From the IMG/VR virus record IMGVR_UViG_3300010348_000552: 29,668 nt of DNA. One strand, 5' to 3'. Source of the DNA: an uncultured virus (IMG/VR IMGVR_UViG_3300010348_000552) (lineage: Duplodnaviria > Heunggongvirae > Uroviricota > Caudoviricetes). Made by a program: the position numbers and the translations under genes. Positions 8,627 to 17,307 of this stretch are shown one piece after another. Position 1 is the stretch's first letter. Every line of letters begins with the position of its first letter. Under the pieces are notes generated by a model. It was not told the DNA's origin. It did not search any database and was given only the letters and a program-made list of their open reading frames with translations.

Positions 8627-9563
8627 CTTGGTACTTCTCCTCGCCTACTTGATACCACGAACCCATTTTCTTGACGTGACCCCGGTTGATACACCGGGCT
8701 AGCAACTCCTCGAAGTCCGTGATCTCGCCCGCCTTCGACCACGGCGTATCACGCAACCCCAACTCGTAGGAACCCGTGCCCTTGGCTGGGCAGACCTTGG
8801 ACTTGTGAATCTCCCACACGACCTTCGACTTGATGGGCAACGTCTTCTTGCCCACGTCCGTCTCGATGTCTTTCTTCTCAGGTACATCGAGGCTGAGCCT
8901 GATCTCCATGACGTTCGCATAGCCCTTGGTCTCGCCACCAGTGGTAACGAGCGTCCGGTAGGGGCTGGACACGTCCTGATGCAAATGTTCGATGTACAGG
9001 AACAGCGGGGGTGTCTCTGGGTTCATCGCCGCAATCAAGTTGCGGAAAAAAGCGTTGATCGGCTTGGCCCTACCACCACGGCTTTCCGACTCCAATAGTG
9101 ACTGGTCGGGGTCGCGGGCCAGCATCGAGAGGGAGTCTAAGATCACGCAGGTCGGGGTAGTATTTCGCAACAACTGAAGGATGAGTTCGAGTGTCTCCTG
9201 TAACTTATCGCCGTAAAAGATCGGCACGAAGTCACACGGAGGAAGGCCGCACAACTCGGCCCAGGCCGGTACGAAGCCCCCCTCCGTTTGCACTAGCACC
9301 GCTGCCCCGCCATACTGTTCGACGGCCCTGCCAGCCATGTAGTAGCAGAAGGCTGACTTGCCCACCGACTTGCGGCCCTGGATAGAAATCGGGAAACCCA
9401 TCGGGAGCCCGCCGCCGGTGTGTTCGTCCAATGACATTAGCCCGGTCGTTACCCTACGGATGATGTCCGCTTCCGACACCATCTCAATACACTCTTGCTT
9501 TAGGAGTGTATTCATGGCCGTCTTGATCTTCAGGCCGTGGTTGTCGGTTTCTGCCTTAGCCAT
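8388..9563 (-). CDS. recA: RecA-family recombinase (phage type)
   Basis: TTGLMSLD..TGGGLP.G, Walker A GRKSVGKS, Walker B VILDSL, TTGG, KSKV, KKMGSWY; start ATG 9563. Confidence 0.85.
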   Translation of the reverse strand: MAKAETDNHGLKIKTAMNTLLKQECIEMVSEADIIRRVTTGLMSLDEHTGGGLPMGFPISIQGRKSVGKSAFCYYMAGRAVEQYGGAAVLVQTEGGFVPAWAELCGLPPCDFVPIFYGDKLQETLELILQLLRNTTPTCVILDSLSMLARDPDQSLLESESRGGRAKPINAFFRNLIAAMNPETPPLFLYIEHLHQDVSSPYRTLVTTGGETKGYANVMEIRLSLDVPEKKDIETDVGKKTLPIKSKVVWEIHKSKVCPAKGTGSYELGLRDTPWSKAGEITDFEELLARCINRGHVKKMGSWYQVGEEKYQGAEALKAAVGPSTLREIALRPRAEGGTTNSLVKTVKKKAPKRSGKSEGGHAGGDGDAAVPGGTQVGDGQVSDAEVGVAE

Positions 9564-10383
9564 TGTGTTCCTTTGCCCACTTGATGAAGCCGTTGAGGAC
9601 GCCCATGCGGTCGCCATCCATCCCAGCCATGTGTTCCAGCGTGTCGCCCTCGACGGTCTCGCCAATGGATTGGAGGTAGGCCCCCAACTTCGCCTTCGCC
9701 GCTACCTCGTCCCAACGGTTGTTGCGGCTCAAGGCTTGGAAGGCCCGTACCACGGCGTCAGTCCCGGCCCCACCAGCATCCGTCGGCTTGTTCGGCTCCT
9801 GCCGGGCCGTATCCAGCGTGACCACACGGTAGCCCCGTTCGGCCATCTCCTCCCGGCTGTTGACGGTGCGGACTTCTTCTGCTGAGGCAATGCCAGTGTA
9901 GGGTAGCACGCCCGCCCCACACATAGCTGACGCGGCTCGTCCCCGCCACGAGGTCATTGCGTTCTCGATGGGGTTGGTCTGGTCTGCCCCTCGGGCACCG
10001 TCGCCAATCACGCCACTGCCAACCTCAAAACGACTGCCGAAGATCGGGGAGGTCATCGTGCCGCTAACCACTACCATGCCGTTCTTGTACTCGATAGTAG
10101 GATTCTCTTGCCACGGTATGAGGCCCGCAGCCTCAGTCACATGGGCGTCGTGGAGAATGGCGATCTTGCCCGCTACGGTCGTGTATAGCCGCCAGACGAC
10201 CTTGGCATTGTCACCCCTCCCCATGCGTTGTGAGATGGAGACCACGTAGCCAATGTAGGCGTCCATCGTCTTCGTGGCCCCGTGCCAAGCGGGGACTTCC
10301 TTCAGCAACGGTTCGATCTGGTCGGCCCCAGGTTGGGAGTCGAATACCCAGGCGTTCTCTCGTAGCAGGTCGCGGTGGGCCAC
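9556..10383 (-). CDS. Single-strand annealing protein, Rad52/Sak-like
   Basis: YTTVAGKI...NPIENAMTSWRGRAASA..G.G...GIASAEEV matches the ENAETSAxGRAL...IASAEEV pattern of phage annealases; context of RecA and SSB. Confidence 0.65.
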   Translation of the reverse strand: MAHRDLLRENAWVFDSQPGADQIEPLLKEVPAWHGATKTMDAYIGYVVSISQRMGRGDNAKVVWRLYTTVAGKIAILHDAHVTEAAGLIPWQENPTIEYKNGMVVVSGTMTSPIFGSRFEVGSGVIGDGARGADQTNPIENAMTSWRGRAASAMCGAGVLPYTGIASAEEVRTVNSREEMAERGYRVVTLDTARQEPNKPTDAGGAGTDAVVRAFQALSRNNRWDEVAAKAKLGAYLQSIGETVEGDTLEHMAGMDGDRMGVLNGFIKWAKEHNG

Positions 10384-10757
10384 TATGACTTCTTCTCCCT
10401 CGGCAGCGTAAAGTACAGGCTATCCGGCTTCTTGTACGGCTCGACTTCGGCCTCGGTGAGGACGCCCGACGCCAGCAACTCCTTGGCCCGCTTCTGGTCT
10501 ACCTTCTCCTGGGTTACGATGGCGTCACGCAGACCACGCAACTTGAGCAGGGCCAGCATCCCCTCGTCGAAGCCACCCAACCGACGGGTCGGGTTCAACC
10601 CCAAGCCCTTGATGGTCTCCTCGTCAATGACTCCCTCACGCAGGCCATCTTTCAAAGCCAATTCCAAACTCTCTTCAAGCAACTCCAACTGCTTGATCTG
10701 CCGCTTGGTATCGGCCAACGCCATCGCCGTCTGCATCAACTCGCCAACTTCAGCCAT
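10383..10757 (-). CDS. Hypothetical coiled-coil phage protein (possibly Gam/gp157-like)
   Basis: N-terminal heptads, EKVDQKRAKELLASG; GGAGAGG RBS before ATG 10757. Confidence 0.55.
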   Translation of the reverse strand: MAEVGELMQTAMALADTKRQIKQLELLEESLELALKDGLREGVIDEETIKGLGLNPTRRLGGFDEGMLALLKLRGLRDAIVTQEKVDQKRAKELLASGVLTEAEVEPYKKPDSLYFTLPREKKS

Positions 10758-10758
10758 G

Positions 10759-12186
10759 TTAGTCCTCTCCAAAGAGACTGGTCTGCCTCGCGTCCACCTC
10801 GTCCGCAAACTCAGTCGTGATTTTCAGGTCACCCGAGGTGACCCGTGTAATGACATAGTGGTGGTACGGGTCGGCCTTCGCCTCGGCCAACAACTGCTCC
10901 AAGTTCGCCGGGTCCAACGCCTCGGCCCCGTCAATCACAATGAAGCCCAGTGGCCCGGTACTCGCCCTCGCAATCGCCACCCCGAGCCGCAACTTCTCAC
11001 CATCGCTCAGACTGTCAATGTTGAGGCCGTTGACGAGGATGCTATCCTCGGTGAACTCCAGCCCGTCTACGGGCAGTCTGGAAGCCGCCAGCAGGGCCTT
11101 GGGCTTCTGGCGGGCCAACTCCACGGCTTCGTCTAGGCCAGAAGCGACCACTTCGGCAGCGGACAACTCCGCCATCAGTCGGTCGCAGTTACCGATTTGC
11201 TGGAGAACACGTTGGGCGTTCGAGAAGTCAGCCAACTTCGCCTCGACTTCGCTGCGGTCAGGGACAGAGATGGCCTCCGCCTCGGCCATGAGCCGCACAC
11301 TCTCGGCATCGCAGGCCTCAGCCCAAGCCAAGTTCTCGGCTTCGCGTTCACGGTTGTCGGCAATGTCCTCTTCGGCCTTGGTGATACGTTCCTGCCACTG
11401 CTTGATCTCGGCCTGCAACTTCTCGATGTTGGCCGCATATCGTGACGCCTGGGAACGGTAACCACTAGCATCGTGACTAACTCTGACTGCCTCAGCGGCT
11501 TTGCTTCGCTTCTCGGACTCGATCCGGCCAATGGCCTGCAACTCTTCCGTCAACTGGCCGGTGTCAATCGCCTGCCACGCCGTCGCGTCGAAGTCCGGGG
11601 GGATACTCGACCGCAGGACGTGCAGCTCGTCACGGATGGCCTTCACTTTGGCGTTCGCGGCCTTGCGGTCTTCGTAGAGAGACTTCTCGACTTCGGCCAG
11701 GACTTCGAGGCCGTGGCGGTCAGTGTCCACCGAGAAGGCTTTCCCGAACCACTCAATCAGGTCGTCCTGGGTCACCTTGATCGGCAGGGCCGACAGTATG
11801 GCCCGACGCTTCTCCTGCGTACTCATGCGGAGGAACGAGACGGGGTTGACGATGGACTGGCCGAACAGGTTGTCCAGCCACGTCTGCGGTGACTTCTTCA
11901 CATCGCCGTCGGGAGTGGTGACGGTGACTGACTTCTTGCCATCGGTGTCGAAGCGGGCCTTGAGTTGGTGGCCGTCGTTGAACTTGATGAACACGCGGCC
12001 CTGTTCGGCAGGCTTGGTGACCAGTTCCCCCTCGATCCCACGAGCGGAGAAGGCGGCAATGATGCTCTCGACGACGGCGGACTTCCCGGCTCCGTTATGG
12101 CCCTCGATGAGGGTGATGTGGCCGGGTTCAATCTTGGCTTCCGTGAGGCCAAGCATGTTCTCGATTGAGACGTAGCTGATCGTCAC
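10759..12186 (-). CDS. SMC/Rad50-like ABC ATPase with long coiled coil
   Basis: Walker A GHNGAGKS, central coiled coil, signature LSDGE, Walker B IVIDGAEALD; GTG 12186 after AGGAGAAGG. Confidence 0.85.
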   Translation of the reverse strand: MTISYVSIENMLGLTEAKIEPGHITLIEGHNGAGKSAVVESIIAAFSARGIEGELVTKPAEQGRVFIKFNDGHQLKARFDTDGKKSVTVTTPDGDVKKSPQTWLDNLFGQSIVNPVSFLRMSTQEKRRAILSALPIKVTQDDLIEWFGKAFSVDTDRHGLEVLAEVEKSLYEDRKAANAKVKAIRDELHVLRSSIPPDFDATAWQAIDTGQLTEELQAIGRIESEKRSKAAEAVRVSHDASGYRSQASRYAANIEKLQAEIKQWQERITKAEEDIADNREREAENLAWAEACDAESVRLMAEAEAISVPDRSEVEAKLADFSNAQRVLQQIGNCDRLMAELSAAEVVASGLDEAVELARQKPKALLAASRLPVDGLEFTEDSILVNGLNIDSLSDGEKLRLGVAIARASTGPLGFIVIDGAEALDPANLEQLLAEAKADPYHHYVITRVTSGDLKITTEFADEVDARQTSLFGED

Positions 12187-12341
12187 TGTTCCTTCTCCTT
12201 GCCGCAGATGGTGCAACGACACCGACGCTTCCCATCCGTAGCTGCCATCTCGTTATGGACCCGCATCCCCTCTCCGTACTTGGCGTCCTGGTAACGCGAA
12301 GCCTTGCCATCCTTGCTCTTACAGCCGCAGTACTTTATCAT
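12183..12341 (-). CDS. Small Zn-binding phage protein (52 aa, absent from the ORF track)
   Basis: Read by hand: MIKYCGCKSKDGKASRYQDAKYGEGMRVHNEMAATDGKRRCRCTICGKEKEQ*. GAGG RBS; stop overlaps the next start (GTGA). Confidence 0.65.
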   Translation of the reverse strand: MIKYCGCKSKDGKASRYQDAKYGEGMRVHNEMAATDGKRRCRCTICGKEKEQ

Positions 12342-12342
12342 C

Positions 12343-12567
12343 TCAACCTCGCTTCGGCGGGTCTACTGCCCACCCACTATGCCTCGCCACATCCGGTCCT
12401 CGTCCCGCTCGGAACGGCCATAACTCGCAGTCGTCACACGGACAATTCCGCACCTTCTGGTCGCCGCTGCACTGCTTACAATGGCGTTTGATCGCCTGGA
12501 GGGCAGTGCCGTAGTTAGGCCCCTTTGCTACTACTGTCCCGTCCGCTCTGGCCCGGCCCCTTGCCAT
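12343..12567 (-). CDS. Small Cys-rich phage protein
   Basis: ALQAIKRHCKQCSG....VRNCPCDDCELWPFRAG; AGGAG RBS before ATG 12567. Confidence 0.65.
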   Translation of the reverse strand: MARGRARADGTVVAKGPNYGTALQAIKRHCKQCSGDQKVRNCPCDDCELWPFRAGRGPDVARHSGWAVDPPKRG

Positions 12568-12709
12568 TGTCGTTACTCTCCTTCTCGGTGTAGTGACACT
12601 GCGGGCACCACTCTGACAGTAAGTCCCCCTCATCGTCAATATAGCACCGCATGGTCGCCAGACACTTCGGACACGGCTGTTCACTACTGGTTAGATAAGG
12701 CATGCGCAC
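12515..12709 (-). CDS. Small Zn-ribbon protein
   Basis: CPKC...CPQC; GAGG RBS; first gene after the promoter at 12734-12763. Confidence 0.55.
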   Translation of the reverse strand: MRMPYLTSSEQPCPKCLATMRCYIDDEGDLLSEWCPQCHYTEKESNDNGKGPGQSGRDSSSKGA

Positions 12710-12733
12710 ACCTCATAGTTGGCTCACGCCCCT

Positions 12734-12763
12734 ACTATACCACCAACTAAGTAGGTCAGTCAA
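12734..12763 (-). promoter_or_regulatory. Sigma70-type promoter for the recombination operon
   Basis: On the - strand: TTGACT, N18, TG-n-TATAGT. Confidence 0.65.
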
Positions 12764-14795
12764 CCGCTATATCTTCGCCCCACGGGTTAGTTGACCGTAG
12801 CATGGTGATGGTCTCTTCGTGGTGGAAATCAACCGGGGTCAACTTGAGCGTGGTCATGTCTTTCATTAGGGTGAAGTCCCCGCACTTACCGTGGCGGTTC
12901 TTCGAGACGGACCCCATGATCTTCTCGACGCCCAGGTGCGTCAGGTCGTCCTTGGACTTCCAGAGACCCACGAAGTAGTCGGCAATCTCCTCAATGACAC
13001 CGGAGTCGCGGCCCATGTCGTAGGTGATACGTTCCGTGCCGTCTTTGCCGTCGCGGCTGACTTGGCTTAGGTAGATGCCGAACACGTCCAACTCCTGCGT
13101 GACCGCTTGAATGTCGCGGGCAATGTTCGAGGCCTTTTCATAAGAGGAACGGGAGTTGCCGTCGTCACGCAGCAAGCCCAAGTAGTCAATGAACACCACC
13201 TTGACGGCCTCCCCTATCGAATAGGAAGCGTCAATGATCGAGTCTTTGATGGCCTGCGGGGAGAGCCTTCTCCCCTCAAAGCGGACGTGGGGGAAGGTGT
13301 CTATCAACTTCGTCCGGTGCAACTTCCACCAGTCGGTGTCGTGAATGATGTTGTGCCGAAGGGTGCGGTTGTCCACGGGCTGCCCGGCTTCGCCACTGAG
13401 CATGAGGGATAGGCGGTAGGCCAGCTCCTTCGGGGGCTGTTCTTGAGACACGAAGAGAGTTGGCACCTGGGCTTCGTGGCAGTTGTGCATGATGTTCAGG
13501 GCAAGGAGGGTCTTGCCGACGGCAGGCCTCGCGGCAATCATGACAACGTGGCCGGTCCTCGGGCGTTCGATGTAGTGGTCCAGGCCGGTGCCTTGCAGCC
13601 CCAGGCCGTCCACCGAGGCCGACCGTTCACTCTCCTCCAAGTCGGCCACGACTTCCTGCATCGTCTTGACTTTGGCAACGGGAGCGTCAGAACGGGTCAG
13701 GGCCTGCCGTACTACTTCGACTGACTTCTGCCAGCGGTCGGACAACCAATGTACGATGTCGTCCTTGGTCAGCGGGTCGTCAATGCCCGTCGCCACCAGC
13801 CGGGCCACCCGGTACTCCTGGTCGCGTTCGGTACACTCGTTGAGGTCGTGCTTGAGGATGGCCAGTTCGGCGTTCTCGGCGTTATTGAGGGCCTGCTTCA
13901 ACTCCTCTTCCGAGACCGAGTTGGCATCCCCCTCGGGCAGGAGTGAGACCCGAATGACGAGATTGGGGTGGGCCTTCCTGAGCCGGAAGACGGACTGCTT
14001 GAAGAGGTTGAAATCGCCCTCGGCTTTGCGGTCGGGGACGAAGACCACGGGGGCGTCACCGAACTCCCGTACATGGGAGTCGTTGAGTTGCCCCCCCATG
14101 ATGCCGACGACACGGTGACACCCGGCCTGCCAAATCGAGTGAACGTCAAACATGCCCTCGCAGACGTAGATCGGCCCCGTCTCGAACTCGATGGCTCGGG
14201 CATTATAGAGGGCGTCTCGCTTCGTCCAGGTCTCGGTGTTCTTGTGGTACCAGCGTTGCTTGTTGGCCGGGTCCATGAAGCGGAAGGAGATGCTTTCCAG
14301 CCCCCCACTCTTCGAGTAGATCGGGATGGCAATGGCGTTCCAGTCGGGACGGTAGCCGAGACGGAACTGCTCTATCGTCTCGGGCTTGAGACCGCGTTCC
14401 TCGGCCAGATACTGTTTGGCCTTGTCGCTGCCTTCGAGGGCGTCCCGGTAGGTGGCTAACTCCTCTTCCCGCTTCTCACGTTCATCGACGAGTTTGCTGA
14501 TCTCCCGCCTAACGTCGCCTTCGAGGACGATGCCGACCTCGGCGGCGGCAATGCTCATTGCCTCCAAAAAGGAGAAGCCGCCCCCGGCCTTGGACATGAA
14601 CCACGAGAGGATGTCGCCACTGGCCCCACACCCGAAGCAGTGGTAGTAGCTCTTGGTGACGTGACAGGAGGGATCGCGTTCGCTATGAAACGGGCAGGCA
14701 CAGAAGTAGTCGGTGCCGTGCTTGACCACATCGGGCATGATCTGCCGAAGGTCTGCCCGTTCCTTTATAGAGTCGATAACAACACGGAGGTCCAA
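12756..14795 (-). CDS. Primase-helicase fusion (CHC2 Zn finger + Toprim DnaG-like + DnaB-like SF4 helicase)
   Basis: CPFHSERDPS...YHCFGCGASGD; YVCEGMFDV (Toprim); AARPAVGKT, FIDYLGLL, LSQVSR, KNRHG (DnaB motifs). TTG start after AGGAG. Confidence 0.92.
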   Translation of the reverse strand: MDLRVVIDSIKERADLRQIMPDVVKHGTDYFCACPFHSERDPSCHVTKSYYHCFGCGASGDILSWFMSKAGGGFSFLEAMSIAAAEVGIVLEGDVRREISKLVDEREKREEELATYRDALEGSDKAKQYLAEERGLKPETIEQFRLGYRPDWNAIAIPIYSKSGGLESISFRFMDPANKQRWYHKNTETWTKRDALYNARAIEFETGPIYVCEGMFDVHSIWQAGCHRVVGIMGGQLNDSHVREFGDAPVVFVPDRKAEGDFNLFKQSVFRLRKAHPNLVIRVSLLPEGDANSVSEEELKQALNNAENAELAILKHDLNECTERDQEYRVARLVATGIDDPLTKDDIVHWLSDRWQKSVEVVRQALTRSDAPVAKVKTMQEVVADLEESERSASVDGLGLQGTGLDHYIERPRTGHVVMIAARPAVGKTLLALNIMHNCHEAQVPTLFVSQEQPPKELAYRLSLMLSGEAGQPVDNRTLRHNIIHDTDWWKLHRTKLIDTFPHVRFEGRRLSPQAIKDSIIDASYSIGEAVKVVFIDYLGLLRDDGNSRSSYEKASNIARDIQAVTQELDVFGIYLSQVSRDGKDGTERITYDMGRDSGVIEEIADYFVGLWKSKDDLTHLGVEKIMGSVSKNRHGKCGDFTLMKDMTTLKLTPVDFHHEETITMLRSTNPWGEDIAVD

Positions 14796-14804
14796 AGCGG
14801 TCTC

Positions 14805-15517
14805 CTATTTGCGTCCGAATATCTGTGCTAGGTTCCACTTCATCGTCGTCCTCCTCAAACTGGTCGAACACAAAGCACACTGTTCATCGCCATCTCGTTC
14901 ATAGCCATGTGGCATGTCCCACCACCACTCCAGGAATTTCTCTGGGGACTGCATGAACTCTTCAGTCTTTCCCTGCCAAGACAACCGCTGCTGCCAAGTC
15001 GGCCACGCCTTGCGGACGTTATGCATTAGGGCCGCGAACATCTTCGGCCAGCGGGCTTTCGTCTCGGCACGCCTCGATTCGTAGGTGCAGAAAACGCACC
15101 CGAGCCGCTTCCACCCTTCGTCATACAGCGAACAATAGGGCAACTCGCGGCGACGGATGTACCCCCACACATCATCATGCGTCCAGTGGATAATCGGGTT
15201 GATCAGCGTCTTCTCATTGCCGGACTTCCGGCACACGTTGACGATGCCACGCGACCGGCGGCGGCTGCTCTCCTCGGCCCGAATTCCAGTGGCAACAACT
15301 CGGCCAACACCACCGGCTAGTTCGGAATGGCAACCCGTGATACTCGATGTGCTGCCAGAATGACTTCTCGGGTCGTTCAACGATGTGTCTCTGTATGGTG
15401 CTTCCTACCGAACCTCGTCAACTCTGGTGGGCAGAACTCGTTTAGAATGTCTAGGCTGATTGTGTCTGCGGAACGGCCTTCGAGAGTGGTATCAAGCACG
15501 GGTTCGTGTGCAATCAT
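14805..15517 (-). pseudogene. PAPS-reductase-family gene, fragmented over several frames
   Basis: From ATG 15517: ...ILNEFCPPELTRFGRKHH; second frame IVERPEKSFWQHIEYHGLPFRTSRWC; third frame GGVGRVVATGIRAEESSRR...INPIIHW...LYDEGWKRLGCVFC. The SGGKDS PP-loop and CCxxLK segment are missing. Confidence 0.8.
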
Positions 15518-16806
15518 ATTGTGAGCGACTCCATGTACGGCGTCAGAATACCGTTGGCATCCGGCTCGGCACGCTTATGGCTTTGCAGGTAGATCGGGTA
15601 GGACCACGTTTGGCCGTAGTCGGGGTGAAATCCCATGTACAACTGCTTCGCCTGCCCGGCCAGCCGCAGACTGATACCGTGGGGACTGGTGCCGACCAGA
15701 CTACCGTTGATGAAGAGTGCCCCGAAGGTCTTGTCCATCTGGGCCATGTTGTGCCAGTGGGCGAAGTGGCTGTAGTTGATCGGGCGGTCCAGCAGTTTGC
15801 TGATGTTCGCTTCCGCTCGGGTGATTGAGTACAGCGGCAAGGTGAACGGGGCGGGGATACCGTCGCCGTGAATGATGCAGTGGACCCACTCGGGCTGTTC
15901 TTCGAGGATGTAGGCCATGTAGGGCGTCGTCGAGATGTGGAACTTTAGCCTCGGCTCGTCGCGGAAGCGTTCGGCCAGGAAGGAGTAGAACAGCACGTCC
16001 CAGTTGTTGAGCAGGTGTTGTTCGCCCTTCGGACCCATGCGGCCATGATTGCCGAAGACGGCCTGGGCGGTGACCCACTCGAACTCGGACAGGAACGACA
16101 CCAGCATCCGTTCGGCGGCGTTGATCGCAGCGGAGAGTTGCCGGATAGTCGGGTTGTCAACGTGGACCCCTGACGACGGGTGCAGAGAACAGTTCTCGGC
16201 CATGTCGCCCAGGAAGTTGATGCACAGGTGCGGGATCGGTGAGATACGCTTCTGGAGCCGTGTCAGGGAAATGACCTTGTTGGTCAGCAGCTCCACGCGG
16301 TCAGTTAGAATGTCGGTACTAATGTCCCCGAAGCCGGTGTCGGCGTTGGGCCAAGCGGACCCGATATGCCAGTCGGAGAGGTCGAGCATCCCCGTGGTCG
16401 GGGTCTGGTCCGTCATTATGCCTTGATCAATCACGAACTTCGTCGGGGGCAGCACCCCCACTTCATTGATGAGGGCTTCGACCACGTTCTGCGTGTAAGC
16501 CTTGGCCTTCTCTAACTCCTTTCGGAGTTTGTCGGCAATGTGTTGGGCGGCAGTGATTCGCTGGTGGGAGACGACGTGCGGGCTAACGTAGGTCTCGTCG
16601 AGATTGCCTTGGAGGGCGTTGAGGGCGTCGGCGTCGGGCAGGCCGATGGCCCCGGCAAACTTGCGGAAGGTCTCCCAATGGCGGCGTGTCTGCCGTGGCT
16701 CGTTTTGGGCGAATGGCTTCAGTTCACCATGCACGGCCCGTTGGGCTACCGCCACGACCTTCTCGTCCACGCCGAGAGCCTGAGCCACGTCCTGTATCCT
16801 GACCAT
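15514..16806 (-). CDS. Calcineurin-like metallophosphoesterase with N-terminal HTH-like and coiled region
   Basis: LSDWHIG, LGDMAEN, FGNHGR, IHGD, AHWH motifs. Start ATG 16806, or in-frame ATG 16818. Confidence 0.85.
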   Translation of the reverse strand: MVRIQDVAQALGVDEKVVAVAQRAVHGELKPFAQNEPRQTRRHWETFRKFAGAIGLPDADALNALQGNLDETYVSPHVVSHQRITAAQHIADKLRKELEKAKAYTQNVVEALINEVGVLPPTKFVIDQGIMTDQTPTTGMLDLSDWHIGSAWPNADTGFGDISTDILTDRVELLTNKVISLTRLQKRISPIPHLCINFLGDMAENCSLHPSSGVHVDNPTIRQLSAAINAAERMLVSFLSEFEWVTAQAVFGNHGRMGPKGEQHLLNNWDVLFYSFLAERFRDEPRLKFHISTTPYMAYILEEQPEWVHCIIHGDGIPAPFTLPLYSITRAEANISKLLDRPINYSHFAHWHNMAQMDKTFGALFINGSLVGTSPHGISLRLAGQAKQLYMGFHPDYGQTWSYPIYLQSHKRAEPDANGILTPYMESLTI

Positions 16807-17295
16807 TACTGTGTCCATGCCGTACCCCACTGATCTGCCATTGCTTCGGCTATTCCTATGTATGTGCGACTGCGTTCTCGCCACCGCTCCGGGCTCGGAG
16901 GCATGTGGTGAACTCTCTGAACACGGCCTTCTACCTCGTTAGTCGGAACTAACAACGGTAGCCCCTTCAACCAAAGGCAAGTTGCCTTCGTTTCCCCATG
17001 CCCGAACTGCCACGGTTGGATGATCTGGTCCGGTTTTCGTATCCGGCTGCTGATGATGCTGCCGGGTTCTCCAACGCAATCCTTGGTATTGGCGCGTCCA
17101 GTGTGTACAGGGCGGGTGACAAATCGCCAAGTCCCAATGGTCGTCTATTGCCTCTTTCACGTCACCGATGATGTGCCTGTCTTCCGGCTATTTGCTCTCC
17201 GTAGGAAGAAGGTCGCAACTCCATGCGTCGTGACCATGCCTCAGGAACGCATCACGCACAACCCCGCTGACCTCACACGCCACTAAGACTCTCAC
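16806..17295 (-). pseudogene. Phage DNA cytosine-methyltransferase-like gene, disrupted
   Basis: Read by hand: MRVLVACEVSGVVRDAFLRHGHDAWSCDLLPTESK*PEDRHIIGDV...WDLAICHPPCTH / LDAPIPRIALENP / IISSRIRKPDQIIQPWQFGHGETKATCLWLKGLP...RSRTYIGIAEAMADQWG. One in-frame TAG, an internal deletion after PPCTH, and frameshifts. Confidence 0.85.
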
Positions 17296-17307
17296 TACGT
17301 ACCCCAC

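Noticed and set aside
16807..16884. Longer start for the metallophosphoesterase at 16884
   Set aside because: It overlaps the MTase 3' end in another frame; ATG 16806 or 16818 fits better.
17170..17200. TAG recoding (alternative genetic code) suggested by the in-frame TAG in the MTase
   Set aside because: The same gene has deletions and frameshifts, and intact genes end in TAG at appropriate positions (1716, 3076).
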